Below, piece after piece: positions 40,259 to 49,862 of a DNA stretch of 64,000 bases. The notes under the pieces are model-generated. The model saw only the letters and a program-made list of their open reading frames with translations. It was not told the DNA's origin and did no database searches. This DNA comes from Vulcanimicrobiota bacterium. Its GTDB lineage: Bacteria > Vulcanimicrobiota > Xenobia > Xenobiales > JADMJV01. Location of the stretch: positions 512,001 to 576,000 of the forward strand of contig JBFWNU010000005.1 of the NCBI GenBank assembly GCA_050250895.1. The letters run 5' to 3'. Both the position numbers and the translations under genes were made by a program. Each line of letters starts with the position of its first letter. Position 1 is the stretch's first letter.

Positions 40259-40752
40259 CCAAACTCCTCGCCAGTGGGGCGCGTCAGGAGGGCACGGAAA
40301 GGGTGGTGGGGGCGTAAGCACGGAAGAGCAAACTCGCCCGAGTACGGCACCACCACGTGCCGAATCCGGCACCACCTGGTGCCGTACCGCCGCCAGCCTT
40401 CCTGGGTAGCAAACTCGCCGAGTGTGCGCCGCACAACCCGTATTTGTCGATGTACGGCGCAAGTGTGCGCCGCACAACCCGGATCGAGCAGTGTGCGCCG
40501 CACAATCTGGCGCAAGCCCGCCGCCCGCCGCCGCGCCAAGCCAGCCCGCCGCCCGCAAGCCTGCTGCTCGCCGCTCGCCCCAAGCCAGCCCGCCGCCCGC
40601 AAGCCCGCTGCTCGCCGCTCGCCCCGGCCAGCCCGCCGCCCGCAAGCCTGCTGCTCGCCGCCGCGCCAAGCCAGCTCGCCGCTCGCCCCAAGCCAGCCCG
40701 CCGCCGCGCCAAGCCACCCCGCCGCAAGCCCGGCCGCGCCAAGCCAAGCAGC
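40259..40752. repeat. Intergenic mosaic repeat tract
   Basis: 3x CAAACTC, 3x AGTGTGCGCCGCACAA (40421, 40462, 40490), then shuffled GCCAGCCCGCCGCCCGCAAGCC / CTGCTCGCCG / CCAAGCC units. Confidence 0.75.
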
Positions 40753-41685
40753 CTAGCCGCGCCGCCTGGCCATCACCAGGCGCCGAGTCGCCAGCGTCGC
40801 CTCCACATCCACCAGGAAGACAGCACTGCTCGAGACGACCGCCATCACCTTGCCGTTCGGACTCAGCACAGTGTTCGAGGCACCCTCCAACCGCCCCAGC
40901 TCGTCCGCCCCGTGAAAGAGCACCACTCTAGGCGGCCCGCTGCGACCGCTCTGCGGCTCCACCGTGACCGGACTACCCGGAAAGCTCTGGCGACCCGTCG
41001 CCGCGTCGATGCCAGAGAGGTGCATGCCCAGGGCGGAGAGTCGGTGCAGATACTCTTGCGAGCCCAGAGCCTCCTCGTCGAGGGTCTCCAGCAGCCCGCC
41101 CCCGACCGGGTCAAAGACGCGCAGGCCCGCAAAACTCCGCACCAACAACTGGCCCGCCTCGCTCCAGCCGCATTGCACCCCCTGGCGCTCGACCTCGAAA
41201 GTCCGCAGCAACTTCTGCTGGGGCCAGCTGAAGACATAGCACTTCGGCTCGCCGGCCTCGCGCATGAAGCCCGTCCCCCAGGCCGCCAGCCTATCGCCCC
41301 GAGAGCTCCAGGCCACTCCATAGCCACCGCTATCCTGGCCTTTGGCCGGAGTCGGTCCCTGGTGCAGAAAGACCCGCTTCTTGTTAGCCAGGTCGAGCAC
41401 CGCCAGCCGGCGTGGTCGTTCGCCCAGGGCCAGCAGCTTTCCGTCGGGGCTAAGCTCCGCCCCCAGAATGGCGAAATCGAGACGCTGGTGGGCCACCAGT
41501 CGCTGGGTCGCCACCTCCCAGACATAGTAGTCCCGGCTCCCTTCGTCGAAGACCAGCAGCCGAGAACCGTCGCGAGAGAACGAAACAGAAGCAAACTCCA
41601 TCGTGGCGAAAGTCAGAGCCGGCTCCTGGGCCCAGCCGTCCGCCACCAGCAACACCGTCAACAAAGAGGCAAGAAAGATTCGCAT
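40753..41685 (-). CDS. Secreted WD40/beta-propeller-like protein
   Basis: Signal peptide MRIFLASLLTVLLVADGWA; repeats FSRDGSRL, LSPDGKLL, WSSRGDRL, LSPNGKVM. Confidence 0.7.
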   Translation of the reverse strand: MRIFLASLLTVLLVADGWAQEPALTFATMEFASVSFSRDGSRLLVFDEGSRDYYVWEVATQRLVAHQRLDFAILGAELSPDGKLLALGERPRRLAVLDLANKKRVFLHQGPTPAKGQDSGGYGVAWSSRGDRLAAWGTGFMREAGEPKCYVFSWPQQKLLRTFEVERQGVQCGWSEAGQLLVRSFAGLRVFDPVGGGLLETLDEEALGSQEYLHRLSALGMHLSGIDAATGRQSFPGSPVTVEPQSGRSGPPRVVLFHGADELGRLEGASNTVLSPNGKVMAVVSSSAVFLVDVEATLATRRLVMARRRG

Positions 41686-41754
41686 CCCGGAGAATTGGCT
41701 CTCGCCCGGTCGGGCCCTCCAGGTCCCGGGCCCACCCACTGAGAATCCCCGCTG

Positions 41755-42549
41755 ATGACCAGGCCCACCCTCTACCACATGGGAATCTCCTACTACTCGA
41801 TGATCGCCCGGCTGGTGCTGGCCGAGAAGGCAGTCGACTACGACTCCAAAGAACTCGACATCGAGGTGCGCTTCGACAATCTCTATCCCGACTACGCCCG
41901 CATCCAGCCAAGAATGACCGTCCCCGCCATGGTCCACGGCGAGCACGTCCTCACCGGCAGCGACAGCATCCTCGACTACGTCGCCCGCCAACTACCCGGT
42001 CCCGACCTCTATCCCAACCCCCAGGCCGAAGAATGGGTTCGCCGCCATTACGCCTTCGAGGTCGAGAACCTCACCATGGGACGCATCGCCAACGTCAATC
42101 CGTTATTACGCAAGCTCATGCTCAACAAACGCGAGAAGCAGCGTAAACTGTGTCTGAAGTTCGCCGCCGAAAACCCTGACCTCGAGCAACTCTACCAGGC
42201 CAAAGCGCAAACGTTTGTGGCCAAGAGCCAGGGCCTCGAGGGCAACGCCCGTTACGAACAAGCGCTGCTCGAGGCCCGTCAACTACTTGACGAACTCGAA
42301 CAGCGCCTGAACACCGATCCTTACGTCGCCGGCCCGGAATACTCGGCGGCTGATGTCGTCTGGACCGTCTTTCTGGTGCGGCTCACCTTTCTGCGCAAGC
42401 CCGAAGAGATCAGCTCGCGGCCCGCCTTAGCCGGCTACTGGACGCGAGTCCAGGCCCGTCCCTCCTTCCAGGTCGCCGACATGTGGACCGCCCTCACCCC
42501 GCGCCGGGTCGTCTCGCAGATCTGGCAGACCTTCCACAGCCGAAGCTAG
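41755..42549 (+). CDS. Glutathione S-transferase family protein (GDAP1-like)
   Basis: LYH..SYYS..RLVLAEK, TVPA, YVAG.EYSAADV, RVQARPSF. Confidence 0.85.
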   Translation: MTRPTLYHMGISYYSMIARLVLAEKAVDYDSKELDIEVRFDNLYPDYARIQPRMTVPAMVHGEHVLTGSDSILDYVARQLPGPDLYPNPQAEEWVRRHYAFEVENLTMGRIANVNPLLRKLMLNKREKQRKLCLKFAAENPDLEQLYQAKAQTFVAKSQGLEGNARYEQALLEARQLLDELEQRLNTDPYVAGPEYSAADVVWTVFLVRLTFLRKPEEISSRPALAGYWTRVQARPSFQVADMWTALTPRRVVSQIWQTFHSRS

Positions 42550-42872
42550 AGGCGGCGACACTCCTCAGCACAGCGGCGGCAGGCTTCGGCGCACCGCTGG
42601 CAATGGTCATGCTCGTGAGCCTGGCACTGCTCGGCGCAGTAGTCGCACACCTCGGCGCACAACTGGCAAAGCTTGGCCATGAAGCGGCCCTCGCGAATCA
42701 TTTCGTTTTCGGCCAGCCGGCAAAAATCAGCGCACTCGCGGCAGCAGGCCGGACAATCGTTGTCGCTGGGAGTCTTTTCCAGCATCGCGATCAGGTTGGC
42801 CTCGCAGGCCGCCACGCATTCGCGGCAGGCTTCGATACAGGTGTCGTATCGGCTTTTCAAGATAGTAGACAT
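42546..42872 (-). CDS. Four-helix-bundle Cys-rich copper storage protein (Csp3/DUF326-like)
   Basis: Repeated CxxxCxxC; HEHDHCQRCAEACRRCAEEC; AAGGAG RBS. Confidence 0.9.
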   Translation of the reverse strand: MSTILKSRYDTCIEACRECVAACEANLIAMLEKTPSDNDCPACCRECADFCRLAENEMIREGRFMAKLCQLCAEVCDYCAEQCQAHEHDHCQRCAEACRRCAEECRRL

Positions 42873-43014
42873 AGTAAGCTCCTTTCCGTCCGATCTTAGC
42901 CGCCCCGAACAAGAGGCGACGCGACTCACTCGGATAGCTGGCGGGCACTCTCGAGAGGTGATACCGCCCGGGGTCGGGCCGGACACTGCCAGAACTGGGT
43001 CGGAGCAGCCAGGT

Positions 43015-43989
43015 CTAGTCTCGGCGCCGGCTCGGTTGCACCCTTCGCGGTTCCCCTTTGGCTTTGGGATGGTGCGGGGGTAGGGGAGCCTCCCCTTCCT
43101 GGTCGGCCAACTCCAGCAGGCTCTCCAATCGCCCTCGGGCGACCGTGTCCGGGTCGGGCACCAGCGGACCCAGCCGAGCAAATCGCTCAGGCACGGTGAA
43201 TAGCGTCAACTCTTGCGGCTCCACCGTGGGCACCTCGTCCCACTGCAGGGGACACGACACCTGAGCCTGGGGATTCGGCCGCACCGAAAAGGCCGCTGCC
43301 AGCGTGCGGTCGCGGGCGTTCTGGTTGTAGTCGATGAACACTCCCTGACGCTCTTCCTTCCACCAGGCGCTGGTGGCCACGTCCGGCATCCGCCGCTCCA
43401 CCTCGCGAGCCAGAGCCAGGGCCGCGTGGCGCACCTGGTCAAACGAGTAGCGTCGCTCGATGGGAACCAGGATGTGGATGCCCCGCGAGCCGGAAGTCTT
43501 CGGAAAGCCCTCCAAACCGTGCTCTTGCAAGACCTGGCGCACCATCAGGGCCACCTCGCGCACCTGCGAGAACGGCACTCCCGGTGTGGGATCGAGGTCG
43601 GCCCGCAGCTCGTCGGGATGGTCGATATCGTCCCAGCGCACCGGCCACGGATGAAGCTCCACGCAGCCGATATTCACCAACCAGGCCAGGGTGGCCGGGT
43701 GATGGCAGACGACTTCATCGGCGCTGCGTCCACTAGGAAAGCGAATCGTACAGGTTCTGACCCACTCCGGCCGACCCTTGGGAGCCCGCTTCTGATAGAA
43801 CGGCTCTTCGTCTATACCGCGAGGAAATCGCTTGAGGATCATCGGGCGTTCGCGCACCGCTCGCAGAGCCCCCTCGGCTACCTTCAGGTAATACTCCACC
43901 AGCTCCATTTTGGTGATACCCGCCTGGGGAAACACCAGGCGGTCGGGACTGGTGATGTTGACTTCGAGCCCGTCGACTAGCATTGGCAT
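43015..43989 (-). CDS. Stand-alone LigD-type primase-polymerase (Prim-PolC-like)
   Basis: PDRLVFP, KRFPRG, DLDP, KTSGSRGIH, FIDYNQNA. Confidence 0.9.
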   Translation of the reverse strand: MPMLVDGLEVNITSPDRLVFPQAGITKMELVEYYLKVAEGALRAVRERPMILKRFPRGIDEEPFYQKRAPKGRPEWVRTCTIRFPSGRSADEVVCHHPATLAWLVNIGCVELHPWPVRWDDIDHPDELRADLDPTPGVPFSQVREVALMVRQVLQEHGLEGFPKTSGSRGIHILVPIERRYSFDQVRHAALALAREVERRMPDVATSAWWKEERQGVFIDYNQNARDRTLAAAFSVRPNPQAQVSCPLQWDEVPTVEPQELTLFTVPERFARLGPLVPDPDTVARGRLESLLELADQEGEAPLPPHHPKAKGEPRRVQPSRRRD

Positions 43990-44015
43990 CCTCCGATTCC
44001 GGGTACAAGCATAGC

Positions 44016-45020
44016 ATGGAGCTAAAACCCCCCCTCGACCCCATGCTCGCCACCAACGCCGAGGCCATCCCCGAAGAACCCGGCTGGCACTTCGAGCCCA
44101 AGTGGGATGGCTTTCGCTGCCTGGTCTTCTGGGATGGCCACGAACTCTTGCTGCAAAGCCGAGACCATAAGCCCCTCAATCGCTATTTTCCCGAAGTCGA
44201 AGAGAAGCTCGGCGAGCTACCCGAGGGCGTGGCGCTCGACGGCGAACTGGTGGTCGCCCAACAGGGAGCCCTCGACTTCGAGGCCCTGCTCCAACGCATC
44301 CATCCGGCCCGTTCTCGCGTCAAATTGCTGGCCCGCCAGACACCAGCCACTTTCGTAGCCTTCGACCTCCTGGCTCACCGGGGTGAGTCGCTGTTAGAAA
44401 GCCCCTTCGAGCAGCGTCGGCAGCGGCTCGAACAGCTTTCGATCCTCACGACTCCCGCCACCGACTCGGTCGACCTTGCCCGGGATTGGTTCCGGCGCTT
44501 CGAGGGGGCCGGATTCGACGGGATCATCGCCCGCCGCTACGACCAGCCCTACTTGCCCGGCCAGCGGGCCATGCTCAAAATCAAGCATCGGCGCACCGCC
44601 GACTGTGTGGTCGGAGGCTACCGCTGGCGCAAGTCCAAAGAGGGCGAGCAGGTCGGCTCTTTGCTCTTAGGCCTCTACGACCACCAGGGCGTCTTCCACT
44701 ACGTCGGCTTCTCGTCGAGTTTCAAAGTGCCCGAGCGGCGACGACTGGCCGAGAAGCTCGCCGCCTACCATGGGCCCAGCGGGTTTGGCCAGGGCCGTAC
44801 GCCCGGCGGGCCCAGCCGCTGGAGTCAGGGCAAAGAGAGCGAGTGGATCAGCCTGCGCCCCGAACTGGTCTGCGAGGTGCGCTACGATCACCTTCAAGGA
44901 GCGCGCTTTCGCCACGGCACTACCTTCCTGCGCTGGCGCCCCGACAAGCCTCCCGACGACTGCACCTACGCCCAGCTCGACACCGTCCCGCCGGCTGAAT
45001 TGAGCGCCCTCTTCCAGTAG
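44016..45020 (+). CDS. ATP-dependent DNA ligase (LigC-like)
   Basis: PMLA, EPKWDGFR, LDGELV, FDLL, TADCVVGG, LRPELVCEV, RWRPDK. Confidence 0.9.
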   Translation: MELKPPLDPMLATNAEAIPEEPGWHFEPKWDGFRCLVFWDGHELLLQSRDHKPLNRYFPEVEEKLGELPEGVALDGELVVAQQGALDFEALLQRIHPARSRVKLLARQTPATFVAFDLLAHRGESLLESPFEQRRQRLEQLSILTTPATDSVDLARDWFRRFEGAGFDGIIARRYDQPYLPGQRAMLKIKHRRTADCVVGGYRWRKSKEGEQVGSLLLGLYDHQGVFHYVGFSSSFKVPERRRLAEKLAAYHGPSGFGQGRTPGGPSRWSQGKESEWISLRPELVCEVRYDHLQGARFRHGTTFLRWRPDKPPDDCTYAQLDTVPPAELSALFQ

Positions 45021-45022
45021 CC

Positions 45023-45949
45023 TTACGCAGAGGTGCCGGTCCGGAGCGCTTCGGCCTCGAGAAAGATGCGTGAGAAGCCGTCATACTCGTGGCACACCTT
45101 CGCCTTGAGACGATCAACCGTCTCGGCCACCTCTTCCACCGAACCGTGCTTTTTGAAGGCTACCTCGAGGTTCAAGAGGACTTCCTCGGGCCCGAAATGC
45201 ATCGTCAGCACCCTCCGACAGGTGTCCACGCGTTCATCTCCTGCAATGATCTCCCGAATGCGGGCAACCATTTCCGGGTCCATCGCCTCTCCCACCAGCA
45301 GGCTACGGGTTTCCAGAGCCAGGAAGACTGCGACCAGTAACAGGATGCAACCGATGACGATGGAGGCGATAGGATCGAGAATCGGCAGGCTCAGTTGATG
45401 CGATAGGAATACCCCCAGAAAAGCGATGACGATGCCTGCGAGGGCGGCTGCATCTTCCAGGACGACGATGTAGACAGTCGGGTCTTTGCTGGCCCGAATC
45501 CCCTTCCATAAGCCTTTGTCGGGCTGAGCCTTGCGTAGCTCGTGCACGGCCACTCCCAGCGAGATGGCTTCCGAGACGAAGGCCAGACCCAGCACGCCAT
45601 AGTTCCAGGCGACCCCCCCATGCTCGCCACCGCCGGAGACGATCTCGTAGACGCCCTCCAGGATGGAAAGGCCGCCACCCACGGTGAACAGCAGCATGGC
45701 CACCACCACGCCCCAGAAATAGAGTTCTTTTCCATGGCCAAAGGGGTGCATCCGATCCGCTGGACGCTGGCTGCGTTTGTGGCCTAGCAACATCAGCGCC
45801 TGGTTTCCGGCGTCGACCGTCGAATGGATCCCCTCGGCCAGCATCGCCGAACTTCGCGTGGCCGCTGCGGCCACGAACTTCCCCACCGCAATGACCAGGT
45901 TGGCCACGAGGGCGCCATAGGTTGCGATAGGCTTGCCTGAACCTGCCAT
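45023..45949 (-). CDS. Cation diffusion facilitator transporter
   Basis: AEGIHSTVD, HPFGHGKE, EDAAAL; TM helices. Confidence 0.9.
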   Translation of the reverse strand: MAGSGKPIATYGALVANLVIAVGKFVAAAATRSSAMLAEGIHSTVDAGNQALMLLGHKRSQRPADRMHPFGHGKELYFWGVVVAMLLFTVGGGLSILEGVYEIVSGGGEHGGVAWNYGVLGLAFVSEAISLGVAVHELRKAQPDKGLWKGIRASKDPTVYIVVLEDAAALAGIVIAFLGVFLSHQLSLPILDPIASIVIGCILLLVAVFLALETRSLLVGEAMDPEMVARIREIIAGDERVDTCRRVLTMHFGPEEVLLNLEVAFKKHGSVEEVAETVDRLKAKVCHEYDGFSRIFLEAEALRTGTSA

Positions 45950-46113
45950 GGATTCATTCTGGGCGCCGGGCCGCCGCTGGCGACACACCTCCACGGATGG
46001 ACCGTACCCCCGCCAGGGGATGTCTCAGTTCGGTAACCCGCTGCTTGCGAGGTCATCGATGTCGCTACCAGGTAGGCAAGTAAACCAGACCGCACCCCCG
46101 AAGAGCCGCAGCG

Positions 46114-46815
46114 ATGCTCAGCCTTCACGATGTCTGGTTCTCGCACCCCGACAGCCCGCCGCTGTTTGGTCCCTTGAGCTTCGCCATCGAGCCAGGCGAG
46201 CGGGTAGCCCTCATCGGCCCCTCGGGCAGCGGCAAGAGCACCCTGGCGCGTCTGCTGAACGGCCTCGAGTTCCCCACCGCCGGCCACATCGAGGTCGACG
46301 GAATCTCCACCCACGAAGACCCTTATCACGCTCGTCGCCGGGTTGGGATGGTCTTTCAAGACCCCCAGACTCAGCTGCTCGCTCAGACCGTCGAAGACGA
46401 ACTTGCCTTTGGCCTCGAGAACCTCAATTTGCCGGCCCCCGAGATCCAGCAGCGGGTCGACGCCATGCTCGACCACCTCCACCTCACCTCCCTGCGCCAC
46501 CGCGACCCTCATCTTCTCTCGGGTGGTCAGAAGCAGAAGGTGGCCATCGCCTCGGTGCTGGTCATGCAACCCGCCTACCTGGTGCTCGACGAACCCACTT
46601 CGATGCTCGACGCCCAGGGCCGCCACGACCTCTTTCAACTACTCGACCGTCTCGAGGTCGGGCTCATCTTCATCACCCATCAAGCCAACGAGATTGCCCG
46701 CATGCAGCGAGTCATCACCCTGGCAGCCGTCGAGTTTCCCCCCGACCCGCTCCAACAACTCGCCCAACGCCTGGGCCGTGACCCCAGCGACTTCCTCAAG
46801 AGCCTCGGCGGCTAG
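46114..46815 (+). CDS. ECF transporter ATPase (EcfA/CbiO-like)
   Basis: GPSGSGKST, VGMVFQDP, TVEDELAFGLEN, LSGGQKQKVAIA, DEPTSMLD. Confidence 0.9.
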   Translation: MLSLHDVWFSHPDSPPLFGPLSFAIEPGERVALIGPSGSGKSTLARLLNGLEFPTAGHIEVDGISTHEDPYHARRRVGMVFQDPQTQLLAQTVEDELAFGLENLNLPAPEIQQRVDAMLDHLHLTSLRHRDPHLLSGGQKQKVAIASVLVMQPAYLVLDEPTSMLDAQGRHDLFQLLDRLEVGLIFITHQANEIARMQRVITLAAVEFPPDPLQQLAQRLGRDPSDFLKSLGG

Positions 46816-46849
46816 AGGCGTCCACCTCGCCCTGCCGAACAATCCGCCC

Positions 46850-47461
46850 ATGAAATTCGCTGCTACCCTGCTGCTCACCCTCGCCCTCTCGCTACCCACC
46901 CTGGCTCAGGAGGCAGCCGTGCGCCAGGCCCTGAGCAAGCACATGCCGGGCGCTACCATCGTTTCGGTTCGCGTCAGCGGCAACTGGGCTCTGTGCGGCT
47001 GGTCTCAGACCGAGGCCGAGGGCATGGCCTTGTTGCACCGCTACGGCAAGACCTGGGAGGTGGCCCAGTCCGGGGGCGGCGCCATGGGCCTGGCCGAACT
47101 CGCCCTGCTGGGTGTGCCCCAGGGGAACTGGATGGCCCTCATAGGCGGCCAGATCCCGGCCGAAGAAAAGCAGCGGGCTCTCGAGGCTCTGGCCTCGCCC
47201 TACTGGACCTGGCTCACCCAAAAGCAAGGTCTGAGCGCGCAAGACCTCGACGGCTACACCGCCTGGGAGCTCACCCTCATGCGCAACGAGATCTTCGCGC
47301 TGCACGGCCGCAAGTTCACCGACCCTGAACTCAACGCTTGCTTTAGCATGCGGTCCTGGTACAAACCCCGCGGCGATTACCGCGACAGCCTGCTCACGCA
47401 GACCGAGAAGGCCAACGTCGAGTTCATCTCGGCCTATCAGAGAAAAACCGGCAAGCTATAG
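46850..47461 (+). CDS. Secreted YARHG-domain protein
   Basis: Signal peptide; LMRNEIFALHGRKF..L..F..WY..LT..EKANV. Confidence 0.8.
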   Translation: MKFAATLLLTLALSLPTLAQEAAVRQALSKHMPGATIVSVRVSGNWALCGWSQTEAEGMALLHRYGKTWEVAQSGGGAMGLAELALLGVPQGNWMALIGGQIPAEEKQRALEALASPYWTWLTQKQGLSAQDLDGYTAWELTLMRNEIFALHGRKFTDPELNACFSMRSWYKPRGDYRDSLLTQTEKANVEFISAYQRKTGKL

Positions 47462-48811
47462 CCCGCTCTGGGCCCGGTAGAAAAGCTTCATCAGCCCCAT
47501 GTCGGGCTCGAGTTCGTCGGCCTTCAGGCGGCTCTCCAGCTCGCGAAACGCGCTGACCGCCTCGGCCGGGGCGGCCCGCTCGAGAGCCGCCTGCATGAAG
47601 TGGGCCACCGCAGCCTGCTCGCTGGGAGCCAGCTGAGCCACCGCCGCCACCGCCCGGCGCGCCTGGACTAGCTCGCCCAGCCCCCCAAAATAAGCCACCG
47701 TCTGGGTCAAGCAGGCGACCACCGCGTGCTCGAGAGAGTCGCGTTCGACCATAGCCCAGTCCTCGTAGCAGTCGCTCATAAACCCGCCCTGGTAAAGCTC
47801 GAGCAAGCGGTCCAGTGCCCCCACCGAGGTCACCCCCTCGCTCACCAACTCTTTCACATCGCAAAAATCGTGCCACCCGCACACGGCCGGATTCAATCGT
47901 AACTGAGTGCGGGTGCGCAGCACGAAATCGGTGAACTGCTCTTCTTCCAACCCCAGGCACTCGCGCCACTGCTTGAGGGCCACGCCCAGGTTCTTGCGAG
48001 CCCGTGAGGTGGTCGCATCCGGCCAGAACTGACCCAGAATCCACTCCACCGAAACGGGCTGGCCCCAGCGGGTCCCCAGCAAGCCGATCAGCCAGCGGGT
48101 CTTGGCGCTGGCCGCCTCGTGAGGGTAGGTCTTGCCGTTGAGCTGCAGCTCGAAGGTGCCCAGCGTCTTGAGCCCAAACACCGGCCCCGTCCCCTGGCCC
48201 TCACTATGATTGAGGTAGCGAAACGAAGTCTCGCCGAAACGAACGATATCGCCGTGCTGCAGGCGCCGCTGCTGGCCGGGGCTCAGGCTCACGTCGTTGA
48301 CCAGGGTGGCCGAAGAGCCCGACTCACACAGCAGGCTGAAATCCGCCTCTCCCGGCACCAGGCTGGCGTGCTGGCGGCTGACCGTCGGCTCGTTGAGCTC
48401 GATGTGATTGAGGCGCCGGCCCCGCCGCCCCACCTGGTAGCGCTGGGGATAGAGCTGCCAGGAACGCCCGTCCATGCCGGCCAGCAAAGCCCGGGGTGGC
48501 TGGCGCAGGTCGAGCAGAGTCAGGTGCGTTCCCTCCACCTCGACGCTCTGCCCCGGCTGCAGCAGGCTCTCGCCCTGGTCGGGGTGGGCCAGTCGTACCT
48601 GTTCGTTGTCATAGAGCACCGTCCAGCCCACCAGAGCCGGAGCGTGCTCTCCCAGGGGCAGCGCCCGGGCAAAAAACGGCAAGCGCAGTTCGGGACGGTC
48701 CAAGGAAAGAATCTGCAACTCCAGATGGGGAGCTACCGTTTTGACGGCTTCGGCTTTGGCCTGCTGAGTGGCTTCATCCATCTCTGCGGGCCTTCGCCAG
48801 GGAAACCCCAC
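47456..48811 (-). CDS. FHA-domain + winged-helix/BTAD (SARP-like) regulator
   Basis: FHA motifs GR, TVSRQHA, TLVN, LQHGD; LYQGGFM..YEDW and BTAD-like C-terminus; start may be 48781. Confidence 0.8.
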   Translation of the reverse strand: MGFPWRRPAEMDEATQQAKAEAVKTVAPHLELQILSLDRPELRLPFFARALPLGEHAPALVGWTVLYDNEQVRLAHPDQGESLLQPGQSVEVEGTHLTLLDLRQPPRALLAGMDGRSWQLYPQRYQVGRRGRRLNHIELNEPTVSRQHASLVPGEADFSLLCESGSSATLVNDVSLSPGQQRRLQHGDIVRFGETSFRYLNHSEGQGTGPVFGLKTLGTFELQLNGKTYPHEAASAKTRWLIGLLGTRWGQPVSVEWILGQFWPDATTSRARKNLGVALKQWRECLGLEEEQFTDFVLRTRTQLRLNPAVCGWHDFCDVKELVSEGVTSVGALDRLLELYQGGFMSDCYEDWAMVERDSLEHAVVACLTQTVAYFGGLGELVQARRAVAAVAQLAPSEQAAVAHFMQAALERAAPAEAVSAFRELESRLKADELEPDMGLMKLFYRAQSGL

Positions 48812-48831
48812 CCCCTACAGAAATCCCTCTG

Positions 48832-49218
48832 GTGTCCAGAAGACACACTTTAGGTATCAGCCTGCTCGAAACCGTACTGGGAGGAATCATCCTGGCCCTG
48901 GTCATCATCTTCGTCTCGACTCTCTTCCCGGCTTCGCTCATCGCCATCGGCGGTAGCGAGAATACCATGCAGGCCGAAGAGCTAGCCGGCTCGCTGCTCG
49001 AGAGCATGCGCGAAGTCCCCTTCGAGCAGCTGGCCCCCCTGCCGCCCGGTGATTTCCACGGCGATCGCCAGGTGCTGCACTATCAAACCGAGGTTGGTCC
49101 CGTACCCGACTCAGACCCCAACTTTATCAAGAGCCTCAAGGTTACCGTCAGCTGGCAAGAGCGAGGCCGGCAACGTCAAGTGGTGAGGGAGTGCTGGGTG
49201 CATGCCTTGCGGCGCTAA
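48832..49218 (+). CDS. Type IV pilin-like protein (PilV-like)
   Basis: Class III signal G|ISLLE followed by a hydrophobic helix; VTVSW C-terminal strand. Confidence 0.75.
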   Translation: MSRRHTLGISLLETVLGGIILALVIIFVSTLFPASLIAIGGSENTMQAEELAGSLLESMREVPFEQLAPLPPGDFHGDRQVLHYQTEVGPVPDSDPNFIKSLKVTVSWQERGRQRQVVRECWVHALRR

Positions 49219-49786
49219 CAAAGCCTTCAGCCTGGCCGAGGTGCTCATGGCCATGGGATTGGCCCTGCTGCTGAGCCTGGTGGCCTTTCGCATCTTCGTG
49301 CCTTCCCTGACTTACTCGGCCGAGGGCACCGCCCGCCTCGACCTGCAACAGTCGGCTCGGCTGGCCATGCAGACCATCGCCCAGGACCTCAGCCACACCC
49401 GGCCCCTGGCCATCAGCACCGCCCCTGACGCTCTAGCCCTGGTGCCTCAGGTTTCGATGGACGGCTCGGGCCTGCCCATCTGGAGCGACAAAGTGGTTGT
49501 CTTCAGCCAGACCGGCAAGACCCTGGCCCGCTACGAACTCGACGCCAAGACCCCCGCCCCCGGCCGCTACACGCCCGCCGAACTAGCCGGCCTGACCTTG
49601 CCCAGACCCACCAGGAAGCTGGCTGACTCGGTGGTTGCCTTCGAGGTCACCGCCCCCATGGCAGCCACCGACGTGGACCCCCCTCTGCCTCTGCAAGTCC
49701 GCCTGGTGCTTGAAAAAACCGTGGCCCGGCGGGGGCCTGTTAGAATCACCTTCGAACGCAGCTTCTCGTCGCGCACCGCCAACTAG
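49202..49786 (+). CDS. Type IV pilin-like protein (PilW-like)
   Basis: KA|FSLAEVL + hydrophobic helix; overlaps previous stop. Confidence 0.75.
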   Translation: MPCGANKAFSLAEVLMAMGLALLLSLVAFRIFVPSLTYSAEGTARLDLQQSARLAMQTIAQDLSHTRPLAISTAPDALALVPQVSMDGSGLPIWSDKVVVFSQTGKTLARYELDAKTPAPGRYTPAELAGLTLPRPTRKLADSVVAFEVTAPMAATDVDPPLPLQVRLVLEKTVARRGPVRITFERSFSSRTAN

Positions 49787-49862
49787 CCCGGCTAGACGGC
49801 CTTTTTTGACGCAAATGTGACGGCAAAGCATCATGCTCGGAGCATAGCTATCAGGAGGATGT

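Noticed and set aside
40421-40505. Three palindromic repeats as a mini CRISPR array
   Set aside because: Repeats only 16-20 bp, spacing irregular and too short, no cas genes in the window
40357-41742. 461-aa plus-strand ORF and other ORFs across the repeat tract
   Set aside because: Low-complexity translation of the repeats and antisense to the WD40-like gene
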